Position numbers and translations under genes: made by a program. A stretch of DNA of 63,990 nt, filler included, from Peribolospora baueri (Eukaryota), in assembly GCA_029717555.1 (NCBI GenBank). It is 3 parts of 3 records of this genome, joined end to end, with 100 filler letters (N's around TTAATTAATTAA, not from the genome) between each part and the next. Parts side by side here need not be neighbours in the genome. Positions count along the whole stretch, not along the records: positions 1 to 29,797 come from JAMDHS010000142.1; 2 more parts are not named here. The stretch is one strand, 5' to 3'. Every line of letters begins with the position of its first letter. Position 1 is the stretch's first letter. Below the pieces are notes generated by a model. The model saw only the letters and a program-made list of their open reading frames with translations, was not told the origin of the DNA and did no database searches. Shown here one piece after another: positions 8,215 to 20,616 of this stretch.

Positions 8215-11200
8215 TCAATCCCTCCTCGCCTTCTTGTCCGCCTTCGTCTCCCCCTCTCCTCCCTTGCGCTTTCCAGAAGCCTTCTCCGCGGGCGCAGGTG
8301 AGCCGTTCTGGGAAGGGGCCGCCGTGGGCACAGTGGAGGCGATCGCCACCTTCTGCACGTCCTGGACGCTCTTCGTAAGCCGGCGAATGGCTTTGACGAA
8401 CAAGGCCAGCGCTTGCGAGACTGGAAGTTTGAGCTCGGCCTGGGTGGTATGGAGGGGCGCGATGGACGAGAGGCGTAGGAAACGTGTGAGATGGACGAGC
8501 GCGGCAGACCAGCACCTCGGATGCGGGCGGAAAAAAAAAGCAGACCACTCACCTCCACGTCCTCGATGCTCTTCCTCTGCAGCCCCAAAGCGAGCAGAAT
8601 GCTGCTCTGCACTCCGCTCAGCCGGAGATCGTCACCGAAGCGCTGTGAAAAGTAGAGCGAGGCGAGCGAGGGGAGGAGGTCGAGGATGACGTGGTAGTCG
8701 AGCATGTTGTTGGCATACGACTCCAAGCGCTTGATGTCGAACGGGGTCACGAGGGTAGAGAGCTCAGACGAGTCGAGAGCTGCGACGGGGAGAGAGAGGG
8801 GTGCGCGAATGGTGAAGGAGAGCGGCGGTCTCTGCTAAGCACGCTTTGGGATCGGATCGGGAACAAGATAAGCACGAGCACTCACGTTTGACTTCCCCCT
8901 CGCCTTGACCCGCGCTCGCGGCCTCCATGATGCTCAAGGCGGTTACGGAGGCGAACTCGCGGAAGCGATAGGAAAGGAGGGAGATGAACCTTCGTCGAAA
9001 ATCTGTCCAAAAAAAAAAAGGGGAAATTTAGGCATTCAGCGCTTCGATTTACGAACGAACGGACTTGGGACAGACGAGAGCGGCCGAGCCCAACGCACCG
9101 AGAGCAAAGCTGGACAGCCATCCCTCCGCTTGAGCAACGTCGCTGTCGAGCGCCCGTAGCATCACGCACGAGTACTCGCCCGTGAGGTCGTTGGGCGTCT
9201 GTCGGAGGTAGAGCGGCACGAACCCGGCACGCTTCCAAAACTTGAGAAGCTGGGCGGTGAGACCATAACTGACGCCGATGTAGTCGAGCTTGTCCGGCTT
9301 CTTCTCCGACAGGCGCTCCAGCAGAGGTGGCATGGTCGCCGCGTCGCGCACGCCGAGCGTCTCGGTGTGAATGTCAGCATCTTCGGACACTTTGGCGGCC
9401 TTGGCGAAAGATACGCTTTTGTCCTCCTTCTCCGCCACCTCGTCGAGGTTGAGGAACTGACCGGAGTAGAACGAGTAGAGGGCCTGGAGGGCTCTGGAGC
9501 CGTAACCCATGCTGGCGTAATCGGGGTGCACGGCGATGCGCACGATACGCGCTCCCGAGAGCATGGCAAAATCATCGTCTTGGAACTGCTGCGACACGAG
9601 CCAGGGGATCATGTCTCCGCTGGAGCGAGCGCCGCGATTGAGAGAGGCGAGGATGGCCTGCCGGGAGATGTTGCCTTCGAGTGCAACCTGAATGAGCATG
9701 GGGAAGGGGGGAAGGGGGGAGGAGACAAAGTCAGGAACGCTGCGCCCCACCGTCGACCAAGATATGGACGAACGCGTGTCGGTCGCTCGACCGACTCACC
9801 TGCAGCACCACCAGAGGATCGGGCAACGTATTCTCATCGTCCTTGAGCGGGGGCAAGAGCACGAAGAGCTGGTGGGCGGGTGCGTCGCTCATGAGCTGGA
9901 GGTCGTTGGGACTGTTCTTGTAATGGCTCGCCACGTAAAGCGCCATCATGCGCTGGAGGAACACCTCGCTGGCCGGGTGATAGCTGAATAGCGCGTCCCG
10001 GTTCACCGCGTACAGCTCGCATTGGTTCGGGTGCGGACAGCCGGTGAGGGCGCGCGGGAGGACAGAGGCGTCGAGGCAGAGGAGTTGGTGAAGCCACTTC
10101 TCCACCGTATCCCCCGCAGTGTACCGGATCGGCTCGGTCAAGTTGATCTCTCGCAGCGTCCTCGCCGAGATGGCTGGCCCGCCCGAGCCGGGGCCGGATG
10201 CGCCCGTCTTTTTGCTCGTGCCTGCCGCATTCTCGTCGTCTCTCTTCGTTGAGCTCGCGAGGGATGGCCTCGTGGACTCACGTAGTTGTTGGATGAGCTT
10301 GAGAGAAAGGGAGCGTCCGGTGCCTTCGTAACCATTGATAGTCGAGGATAAGAAGACGAGGTAGGGACCCATAAGGTTTCGAACGAGCGGCAATGGGATG
10401 GCGGCCGCCTCGTCGATGACTACCAGCTCGGCCTGTCCGAGCACGTGTGCGTCTTGTGGTTGGATATACTATCGGTAGAGAAGAGATGCGAGAGCGTCGG
10501 CTCAGACAAAAGACATCCAATGCAGCCACGACCAGGGGGGGAGGTGTGGAACTCACCTGAATGGTCTGTCTATGGCCCCTGAACACATTCACCCGCACGA
10601 TCGCCTTCTTAAACTCGGGGTTCGTGCTCTGGACGATATCGTAATCCAAATGCTCCTCATAACCGATTCCGTCGAAGCCCTTGAAAATGAACTGGAAAAG
10701 CGTCGTGAGGTTCTCTGGGCTCGGCGAGGTGACAAAGATGTTGCTGTAGCCGTGCGCGACGGCGGCCGCGATCGCCAGGCCGAGCGCGGCGGACTTGCCG
10801 CGTCCTCGGGAGGCGGTGAGGGTGACGGTAGAGGAGAGCGTTTTGGAAGAGATGGCGTCGACGAAGGTGAGGATCGCCTTGGCCTGTATTGCGGAGCGGG
10901 GCGAAAGTTCATGAGCGTCGGTACGCCCTCCGAGGAAATCGAAAGCGTCAGCGGCGGAAAAGCGGAAGAGAAGGCTCACCTGGTCAAGCGTTTTGGCGTA
11001 CTTGATGATCTCTCCCACGGGTTTCGCATCCCTCATCTCGTCTTTCAACTCGTCCAACTGTTCCTCACTCTTTGCCTTTCCCTTGACCCCTCGCCCCTCT
11101 GGGCCATCCGGGAGCGGTCGGATGTCCTTTCCTTTGGAGAGAGGAAGAACGTTGAGCTCGTCGTCGAGGACGAGACAGTCGGGACAGGAGCCGAGGGAAA

Positions 11201-12140
11201 GGATGAAGCGCTCGTTGAAGCGCGCGACCACGTCGGTATGGGCTTCGGTGCGGTAACGACTGTGGACGTCCTGTTCGTGGTTTCGTAGAGGTACAAAAGC
11301 GTGAGACGATGAAAGGCAAACACGCAGAAGCGAGGGGGAAGCGTAGCGCTGACCATGGTCATATTGTAAAGCGTCTTCAAGCTGCTCATCGTCTTGAGTA
11401 GGATCACGACGATGCCTCCTCCCTCGACCGTCTCGATGGTCCGGGCGAGCAGGTTAGGCGTTAAGGCCTCGAAGTCCTGGAGGATGCACATGCCGTAGGT
11501 GTTTCCGAGTATCTTGGGGGTGTCCTTGTAGTAGCTTCACAAGGGCGATCGAGCAGAGGAAAAGAAGGGGGTCAGATGACTGGTGGTCAACGGGCAAAGG
11601 GAGAGGGAGGAAGAGTCGCACCAGTAGCGAATGTCGGTGACGGATACGAAAAGCTCGAAAGGGTTGTGCTCGTTGGCCTCCCGGATGCCTCGCTTGACAT
11701 CGCGTTTGATCTTTGCCTCCCGCTTCTTGCGGTGGCTGAAAAGAGAGCAAAAGAATGCGGTGAGGTGAGCAGGGGATGTCTTGACGATATGAGCCAGGAG
11801 ATCGGCAGGGATCCATGCGACGCGGACTGACCTCGTGAAGCCGAGGTCCTTCTTGTAGCACCACAAGACATTTGGACGGGCAGACACTCGAGTCTGGGAG
11901 AGCAAAAAGTGAAGGTTGACGACCTGCAGCGCACAGAATAGATGGGGAATAAGAGACAAGCGAACGACCGAGGTGAGCGTCTGTGTCTCTCTCTTCCCTT
12001 CGTTCTCGAGCACGACCGCGTCCGCGAAGACGCACCTGGTCTCTTCCGTGATCTCCGATGAGAACGAAGAAGCTGCGATGGCCGAGCTTGACATTGTTGC
12101 TGATGAGCGTTGGTATCCGGGAGTCGAGCTGTTTCCTCAT
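8215..12140 (-). CDS. KRE33: RNA cytidine acetyltransferase (Kre33/NAT10), multi-exon
   Basis: Motifs seen: MRKQLDSRIP, RPNVLWCYKK, LQDFEALTPNLLARTIETVEGGG, ASRGRGKSAALG, GYEGTGRSLSLKL, SHYKNSPNDL and RIVRIAVHPDY. Confidence 0.97.
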
Positions 12141-12760
12141 CTCGCTTCGCGGTGGGCGGGTGCGGGTCGACTGGAGATTGGTTCTTCTTGCCTGCCTGCC
12201 TGCCTGTCGAACGAGTGCACATCACTAGCGACGTTGCCGCAGGTTTTCTGGCGGAGCATCTTTCTATCTAAGTCCGCTCAGCTCCGTCGCCGCAGCAGAG
12301 CAATCGGCTGCGGGCCCTCCTCATTAGAGATATTAGAGATGGGCGTCGGTCATTACACTCGTCGTTACATCTTTATGGAGCAGGGACCCCCGTTAACGCG
12401 CTCGGCGCTGTGGATTATCACTGGCTGTATTGCCATTATCGCCGTGCTGATTTCACACTGCCTCGCCTTTCCCTCGCCCTCTTCCTCCTCGCCTCCGACA
12501 GCGCCGTCAACGTCTTGTCACCATCCTCCACTCCTCCACTCCCACCGCCCCCTCCCCTCCCCTCGCCCACCACCTTGCTCCCCCTTGCCCATCGTCCACC
12601 GCCTTTCTCCTCTTCTCCCAGTCCTCGCCGCCCCCCCCCACCTCTCCTTACCTCCTCTCGTCCCGGCTGGCTCCAGGCGTATTGCGGGCAATTCGCACCC
12701 GTCCGACCACCTCGCCTCGCGTCACACGCCGTCCCCTTCGCCCCTCTCGCCCCCTCCGTC

Positions 12761-15501
12761 ATGGCCTACCACGGCCAATCCTCTCAGCCGTCCCTCCTCG
12801 CCTCCTCCCAACACGCTCCATCCTCGTATGCAGGCGCAGGCGCAGGCGCAGGCGACGCCGGCTATGCCACCGACGACGGGGGTGTGACCGACGATTTCCA
12901 GTCCTTCGCCCCCTCGTCCGTCGGTCACGATTCCCGTTACGCCGTCACAGTGCCCGGCACGCCTGGCGCCGGGGGCAAGGCGTGGATGGGTGCGGGCGCG
13001 GGCGCGTCGATGAGCACGCTCAGCGCCTCCAAGGCGTACGACGACGCGCGCGAGTTCGCCCCCGCCCAGGCAGGCACGCCCGCCTTGCAATCAACTCCTC
13101 CCATCCCCTCTAGCTCACAGCTCAGATACCACGACGATGGCGTCTACCCTCCCACCGTGGGCGAGCAGCGGAGAGAGGCGGCGGCCGCTTTGCACAGAAG
13201 AGACGCCCCGCTCCCCGCGCCTCCAGGCGGCGAAGCTTTCCCCGGCGCTTCCGCCGACAGCGCCGCTTCGTACCCGTTCCCACAAGCCCACCCGTACGGT
13301 GCAGAGGCGACAGCCCCGATGGAACCTGTGCAGGACGGCGGCTACGCCTCCTACGCATACCCACAGCCCCACTTATACCAGGGCGCTGGCGCCCCCGCGA
13401 CATCGCCGCTTGGTGGCAGCCTCAGCCAGGGCCCCGGCGGTCTGGCACCGGTGCAGACAGCCAGCGACGGGGAAGGAGTGATAGGCGAGCGTGGTCTGGG
13501 AAAGGGACAGACAACGGCGAGGATCATGCGAGATCGCACCCTCTTCCTGACTGTCATCATCGTCGAGGCCATCATCGTCATCGTCATGATCGCCATCGTC
13601 TTCGCCTCCGTGAGTCCGCTGGCCTCTCCGTGCCGTAGCACTCTTTGTCGCTCGTCCAGCCGCTCCTTGGCACATCTCATCCTCCGTCTCTTCTCTTGAC
13701 CGGCAGTTGAACGCCAACGTCAAGTCGTACTACCAGAACCTGAAGACGATCCCCGTCTACCTTGCCGTCTTCATCCTCGCCATGCTCTTCGAGGTCGGCA
13801 TCGCTTTGGATGCTGTGCGGTGAGTGAAGGGTGCGAGGAGAGGATTGATAGTTAGGAGGGGGGATGAAGGGAGGTTAGGGGTGTGGCCAGGATACGGAAG
13901 GCGGTCAGGTTCACAGGCTGACCTGTTTTTTTTATTACCGACCCGTGCTTAGCCTGAAGAACACGATCCAAAACATCGGCATCTGCCTCTTCAACTGCGC
14001 CATGCTCGTCTACGCCGCCCTCCAAGTTTCCGAAGTCCGCACGGCGCTTGAAACCACCGCCGGCGTCCCTCAGCTCGGACCTGGCGTTGGCGAAGCCCAC
14101 CATTGTTGGACCGACAAACATTTGGTAGGCTTGGCGCTATGCCTCTTTACGCCTCAGTCCTCGACCTTAAGTTCGTCTTACCTTACCATTTCGCATCTCT
14201 GTAGACCTGCTATGCCTTCGACGGCCTCTACGATAACCTCAGGCGCTTCCTCATCGTCGTGCCGGTCATACTAGGCGTCGCACAAATCTTCATCATGTTC
14301 TTCTCATACAGACTCTGGGGAGATTTCGGGTGAGCGATTCGGCATACGCGCATAGTGGAGGGAGGTGTTTGGAGGCGGTCGGACAGACGCTGACCTGAGG
14401 ATGGCTGGGTGGATTTGTCGACTCTCCCTCTTCGAACAGATGGGCCATCTACAAAAAGATCGGCGCTGACTTGGCGATCAAGCGTGAGTCGGACGGCCTG
14501 AGACAGAGGTGGTCCGTGCCTCTGCGGCAATCGGGCTCTGAATGATCGGTTCGGCCGTGTTCTTCGCTTTTCGACAGGAATGTACCTCTGGTACGAAGTC
14601 TACGTCGTATTGCTCAAGGTGCGTTTTTGTGACCTGTTGCACGGGTGCCCTCGTGGGTGGGCGCTAACATCCTCCCCTGCCTGTTTTTATTTGGGTTTCC
14701 AGATGGACGTTTTCTTCGGCATCGGCTATGTGTGAGTGGGGTCTACGGTTCGCTCGCATGTCACACCCGTCCCTGTTGTCGCCGTCGCTAATCGAGACTA
14801 CTCGCTCGTCCCACTCCTCTCTAGCATGCAACTACTCATACTCATCCCCATCGATTCCTCCGAGCTCGCCCTCACCATCGCCGCCGTGCCCGTTTGCTGT
14901 GTACTGCTAATTTGCGCCGGTATCGCGGTGCGGGGAGAGATCAAGAGCCTCATGCTGCTGACCCAGCTCGGTCTGTTGGCCGGATTGGCCTATTTCATGT
15001 GAGTCTGCCAATCGAGTCGAGATCGAAGATTACGCTGCCGGCGCTCTCGTCAAGGTCTTCATTGCTCATCCGCTCTCTGTGCCTCTTCGCCGCCACAGTT
15101 ACAAGCTGGAGCGCATGTACGACCCGTCCACGTCTCGAGAATACGTGGCCACGCAAATCACGCTCACCGTCTTCGCCGCCTTCTCCATCTTCCTTCTCCT
15201 GCTAACCTTCATCAACTCTGTCGTGTGCTTCCTCAATTTCGGAAAGGGCCTCCGCGAGGCGCATCAGAGCGTCGGACGCGTCAACGCGTCCGGGCTCGGG
15301 CGACGACAGAGCGAGGAGAAGCTGGGCAGGTTCGGAAGGAAAGACGGCGCGCTCGATGCGGGCGGGGCGCCGGTGAGCGGGTACGGCGTCGGCACGGGCA
15401 CTGGCACCGGCAGGACGGACTTGACGGGTTATTCTGGACAGAGCGGCGGAGGGGGGCGGGGGACGTTGGGGAGGACGCCGACGAGGCTATCGCTCGATTG
15501 A
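12761..15501 (+). CDS. UPF0658-like multi-pass membrane protein with a long disordered N-terminus and many short exons
   Basis: The spliced product contains KTIPVYLAVFILAMLF, DAVRLKNTIQNIGICLFN, FGWAIYKKIGAD, YKLERMYDP and CFLNFGKGL. The start codon is inferred. Confidence 0.75.
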
Positions 15502-16315
15502 GTCGGAGCGGAGCGGCGCATCGCGTCGCGTCGCGTTGCGCCTCCGTTGGGACAGCGTTCCTGATAGGAACTCGGAGTCGGAATCGGAACTGGGCCGCTC
15601 GTCGTGATGTGTCGCTCGTCCCATATCCCCCTTCTCTGTGCTCGACGTTCGTACGCGACTTGCCCCCTCTTTCGTTTTTCTTCATTTTCCCCGTTTTCCT
15701 TCGCTTTCCTCTTTTCGCTTCACGCACCCCATCTCATCTACAGAACATTTGCATCCCTTCATTTCTTCATTTCCTTCATTCGCTTCCTTGTCTAACCCGT
15801 CTCCTCTCGCGGAGATATGGGGGGTTCGGTTCCATAGTCCGTCCATCTTTGTCGCTAGTCACGTCCGTCCTTTGGGGTGTTGCCGAAGGATTTCGAAACG
15901 CGTCAATCATGCCTTCATTTGTTGATGATCGAATCGAGGGCGGAAGGCGAAAGGAGACGTTTCCTTAACGCGACAGCCGACAGAGGCTGTCTTGTCTGTG
16001 CTCCCGGATCGCATTCTCGCAGACTGCGAAAACGGAAGTTGCGCGTGAAGAGTCTGCCTTTGCTTTTGCCTTTGCAGCATGCGCCCTGCTCAGCACCCGC
16101 TCTCGTCCTTGCCAGCCGTGTTTGGAAGACGTGAAGGTCGTCCTTATCGACGACTGCAGATGTCGATGGAGGTGACGCACGACGGCACAGGCTGCTGCGG
16201 CGACAGTGGCCGCTGCGGTCGAGCTCCCGATCACCTTCTTGGCCGCTCGCCTCCGTCCATCCGTACCCGTATCCATATCCTCCCATTCCCACCTTCCCGC
16301 TCACCCGCCGCCGTC

Positions 16316-19300
16316 ATGCCTCACAAGAACAGAGGCCTCATGGAGGACGACATCTCCGACTCGGACATCTCGTCCGAGAACGACGACTTGGCCCCTGAGG
16401 ACGCCGCGGACGCCGACGAGCGCGAGGCCGCGGAGCTCTTCAACGACCCCTACCGCCGGGCGCGACGGAAGCGCAAGAGGGGGCCGAGCGGCAAGGAGGA
16501 CGCCATGTTGGGCATCTTTGGGGATGGAAGCGATGAGGAGAGGGAGGGCGGGATGGGCAGGACGGTGAAAGGGACGGATAGGAAGGGGAAGAAGATTGAC
16601 TACAAGAGGTGAGCCGCCCCCGGCAAGCGAGCGAGCGAGCTTCTCGCTCCGCTTCCGGATCATCCGTTTGCCACACATGAGTTCAGTTCGCTCTGATTCG
16701 ATCGCTGACAGTTTTGCCTCATTGAACCTCTTTTCGAATTCGTCTGCTTTGTTCGTCCGCCACAGAGGTCAAGCGTTCGTGCCTGCAGGCGAGGCCACCT
16801 CCTCTCGGCAAACGCCGGCGCCGGCGCAGGGCGAGGAAAAGCAGGCGGACGAAGCAGAAGCTTCGGGTTCGGATGACAGCGCCGCGCGGGACCGACAGGA
16901 CTATGAGGAAGATGCTTCTGCCAGGCCTGGTATTGGAACAAGTAAGAGCGGCCTCGGAGCGACGAGAAAACCGCCACAGCAGCGGGACTCCCCATCGGTG
17001 TCCTCCACGCCGACGTCTTTTGGTTCTCCCCGACCTTCGTTCACGCGCGGAGGGTTTGCGGGAATTCGAGGTCTCGGCGCAGGTGGATTTGGAGGCGGCG
17101 GCGGCGGGGGAGGGACCAGGGGGACCAGCAATCCGGGAGTGGGGGGTTCTTTTGCGGCCAAGGCGATGGCCAAGATGGGTTGGAAGGAGGTATGTACGAC
17201 ATCCGCCATGGCCGATCCGTCCATCCATTTCTGTTTTTTCGGCTCTGACGTTGCGTATTCGGTCTTCTCGAATCGTTTTTTTCAGGGTCAAGGTCTCGGT
17301 GCGTCCGGCGAAGGTATCCTAACGCCCATCGAAGTCAAGATCCGCCAAGCTGGCACCGGTCTGGCGTTCGGAGGGCAGAGGGAGAAGACGAAACAAGCGG
17401 TTGAAGAGGCTCGTAGGCGGGGAGAGCACGTTTCTGAGGACGAAGAAGAGGAGAACCTCGTTCCTGGAAGGAAGGGAAAGAGAGGGAAGGAGAAGAAGGA
17501 GCTCAGGCCCGAGGCGACGTATCGGTCCGCAAAGCCGAGAAAGGAGAAGGTTGTACACAAGACGTACGAGCAGATCGTCGAAGAGGCCGGCGGGGTAGTG
17601 GGCGTCGATGCCGGTGTAGGCCAGATCATCGACGCTACGGGCGCTACCGTGAGTTTTCACATCGTCGCTCTTTTCTTCGTCAAAGAGATGTGGAGAGGCC
17701 TTCGACCCCGTACTTACTTGTTTCTCACCTCTTTCCATTTGCAGCCTCGAGAGGTGGCCTCTCTCTCCCAACTTTCCTTAACAGTTGGAATTCCCACTTC
17801 CGACTCCCAACGCCTGCCCGAGCTCCGACACAACCTCCGCCTGATTGCCGACCTATCCAAGTCGTCATTGACGACGCTTGCAAAGGAAGCGTCAAGCATG
17901 CACGAGAAACGCCGGTATCTCGTCCGGGAGGAGCTGCGCGTGAAGCAGGTGCTTCAACAACAGGCGAGAAGGATGACGCGGCTGAAAGAGGTGGTGGATG
18001 TGGTTGGCGAGATCGAAAAGACGGCCAAGTTGGCCATGGCCCGCTCGCCGCCGAGTCTGCAAGTCTTCTCGGATCTCTTTCACCGCCTTGAGGTGGATTT
18101 CAGCCCGGAGATAGACGAACACCATCTGGACGAGGTGACCGTCGGCGCAGTGGCACCTATCTTCCGCAGACTCCTCGCCGATTGGGATCCTCTCTCAGAG
18201 CCGAGCTGGTTTGTGGACTGGTTCAAAAGGCACAAGCGTGCCCTCGGGTTCAGGAGAGATGCTGGGGCAGACGAGAGAACTTTGGATGTTTATGGACAAG
18301 AGATGCAGCCGGTGTCGCGAATGGAGACCAAGTGAGTTCAGTCGCTCTCTAGTCGGCGGCGCTCTTCTCCATCATGTCGGCGATGGCGCTGACCTACTGC
18401 GACCTTCTTTTGATGATCAGGTCCGTCATGTCTCCATACGACTCACTGCTCTGGAGCCTCTGGTTGCCCAGAGTGCGTTCGGCACTCAACAACGACTGGA
18501 CGCCGAAAAACGCTGCGCCGGCCGTGTCCCTGCTGTCCGTTTGGACATCTCTCCTGCCTCGGTTCATCTACGACAACATCCTCGACCAGCTCGTCCTTCC
18601 CAAGGTGGCTTCGGCGGTCGCCGAATGGACGCCTCGGTCGGCGGCATCGAAAGGGAAGGTGAAGGGCGAGCTCGGGGTGCAGTTGCACGAGCTCGTCTTC
18701 CCTTGGCTGCCGTACGTGGGAGAGAGGATGGAGGAGGTGATGGCAGAATCGAGGAGGAAGGTCAGGGGCTGGCTCAAGGGTTGGAGGGTCGAGGAGGGCG
18801 TGCCCAAGGGCTTTGCCATTTGGCAGGAGGTGAGCGGTCGCTCGGTTCGTCAAATTCTTTTTTTTTTCGTGTGGCCGACCTTTTCCTTCTTTGCCCCGTC
18901 TTGTCCCCCAGGCTTTCGCTCCCCAGGACTGGTCCAACATCGTCCTCGGCACAGTTCTCCCACGTGTATCCTCCTACCTCCGCTCCAATCTCACCATCAA
19001 CCCAGCTCAGCAGGACCTCTCTCCGCTCGAAGCGCTGGTTTCTTGGCGGGGTGTCGTGCGGGACAGGGAGATGGCCAAGGTGCTCGAGTTGGAGTTCTTC
19101 CCGAAGTGGCTTGACGTGCTCTGGCAGTGGTTGCGGATGGAAGGGGTCAGCGGTGGTGAAGTCGCGCAGTGGTGAGTCTGGCGAACAGATTCCACCTCGC
19201 TCGTCTGTCATCTTTCGATCGTGGCTCGTACGTTCGCCTGCTCATGTCGCCGCGCTCTTTCCGCTTCTTGATATCTCGCATAGGTACTCGTTTTGGAAGT

Positions 19301-19900
19301 CATACTTCCCTAAGGAGCTTGTCGAGATGGCGGGAGTTGCAACGGGCTTCGAGCGCGGTTTGGACCTCATGAACCAAGCCTTAGCGTTGGGTCAAGGCGA
19401 GAAACACAGGTGAGCGTGGCCCCCGATCGCTTCGCATGCTAGCTTGCCCTCAAGAGATGAAGCTGACCTGACCGGTACTTTGCTCCGTCAACCATCGCCT
19501 CGCCATCTTTGCCCACAGGCTTCGTCGACCTGAACCGATCACAGCTCCCACCAACGCCGCCTCGCACCGTCCGCGCGTGTCCACGTTGGCCGGAGAAGCT
19601 CGCAAGTCCGATGGGCGGGCGCCACCGCAAGCGGAGCTTACGTTCCGACAGATCGTCGAGGATTACCTGTCCACGGCGGACCTGCTTCTCGTCCCGCTGA
19701 ACCGGTCGCACGAGCGCACGGGGCTGCCGCTGTTCAGGGTGAGCGCGTCGGCGGACGGGAGGAAGGGGGTGAACGTGTATTTCGACGAGGACGTCTGTTG
19801 GGTCCAAGAAGGAGGAGGGAGCGGCGAGGCAGCGGGAGCGGAGTTTGTGCCGGTCGCCGTAGAGGCGTTAGTGGAGAAGGTTAAGCTGAAAGGAGGGTAG
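16316..19900 (+). CDS. TFIP11: Tuftelin-interacting protein 11 / Spp382-Ntr1 spliceosome disassembly factor (G-patch + GCFC)
   Basis: Contains KEDAMLGIFG, the G-patch AMAKMGWKE/GQGLGASGEGILTPIEVK, PELRHNLRLI, NILDQLVLPK, FFPKW and a C-terminal TFRQIVE. Introns are canonical. Confidence 0.92.
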
Positions 19901-20616
19901 ATGGGGAGGGTGGTTCAGGTTTGGCGAGGTCGACGGACAGGGGAAGGGAGGGAGGAGGGAAAGGAGTCGATCTCAGCGACCAATATGCTTAGAGACGAAC
20001 CGTTATGGCGATGCTCAACCCGAGAGGGGCGACGAACATTTCTAATACCTGCACATATTCGTGCACATTTTCCGACAGTCCGGTCTAGCACAGAGTGAGA
20101 ATCGTCTGTTCGTAGATGACCGGGTGGAGCGGAGCGTGATCGCTCGACTTTAGGCGGTCGCTTATCGTGGCGAGGAGAAGACGAGATTAGACGTTCCTGG
20201 CGAAGATTGACAGGATGCTCAACGGCATCTGGGCAGAATGATTGGATGGAGAAAGGGATAGGGTACGCGTGAGAAGAAGGAACTGGCGAGCGCTGGTTAC
20301 GTATATGAGCATGGTTTCTTTCCGAGTAGGCTCGTCTTCTGGCTCTCTGGGGGAAAGGCAGGAAGCCTACCATGGACAAGGGCACTTGCAAATTTTTTGA
20401 CTAGGCCATGACTGTCTCCCTCACTTCCTGCGATGACGACGGTGGCCTCCACCGTCACCGCATCCGCGTTACATTGCGTTGTCAACGTTTCGAACGCCCC
20501 CTTGGCTGGTATACCCTCGAAGTTGCATCTCCAATACAAAATGCGATCAATACGTGCAAGTCTCCGGAGGGAAGGAACGAAGGCGAAGGCGAAGGTGGAA
20601 GTCGTTCGAAAAAAAA

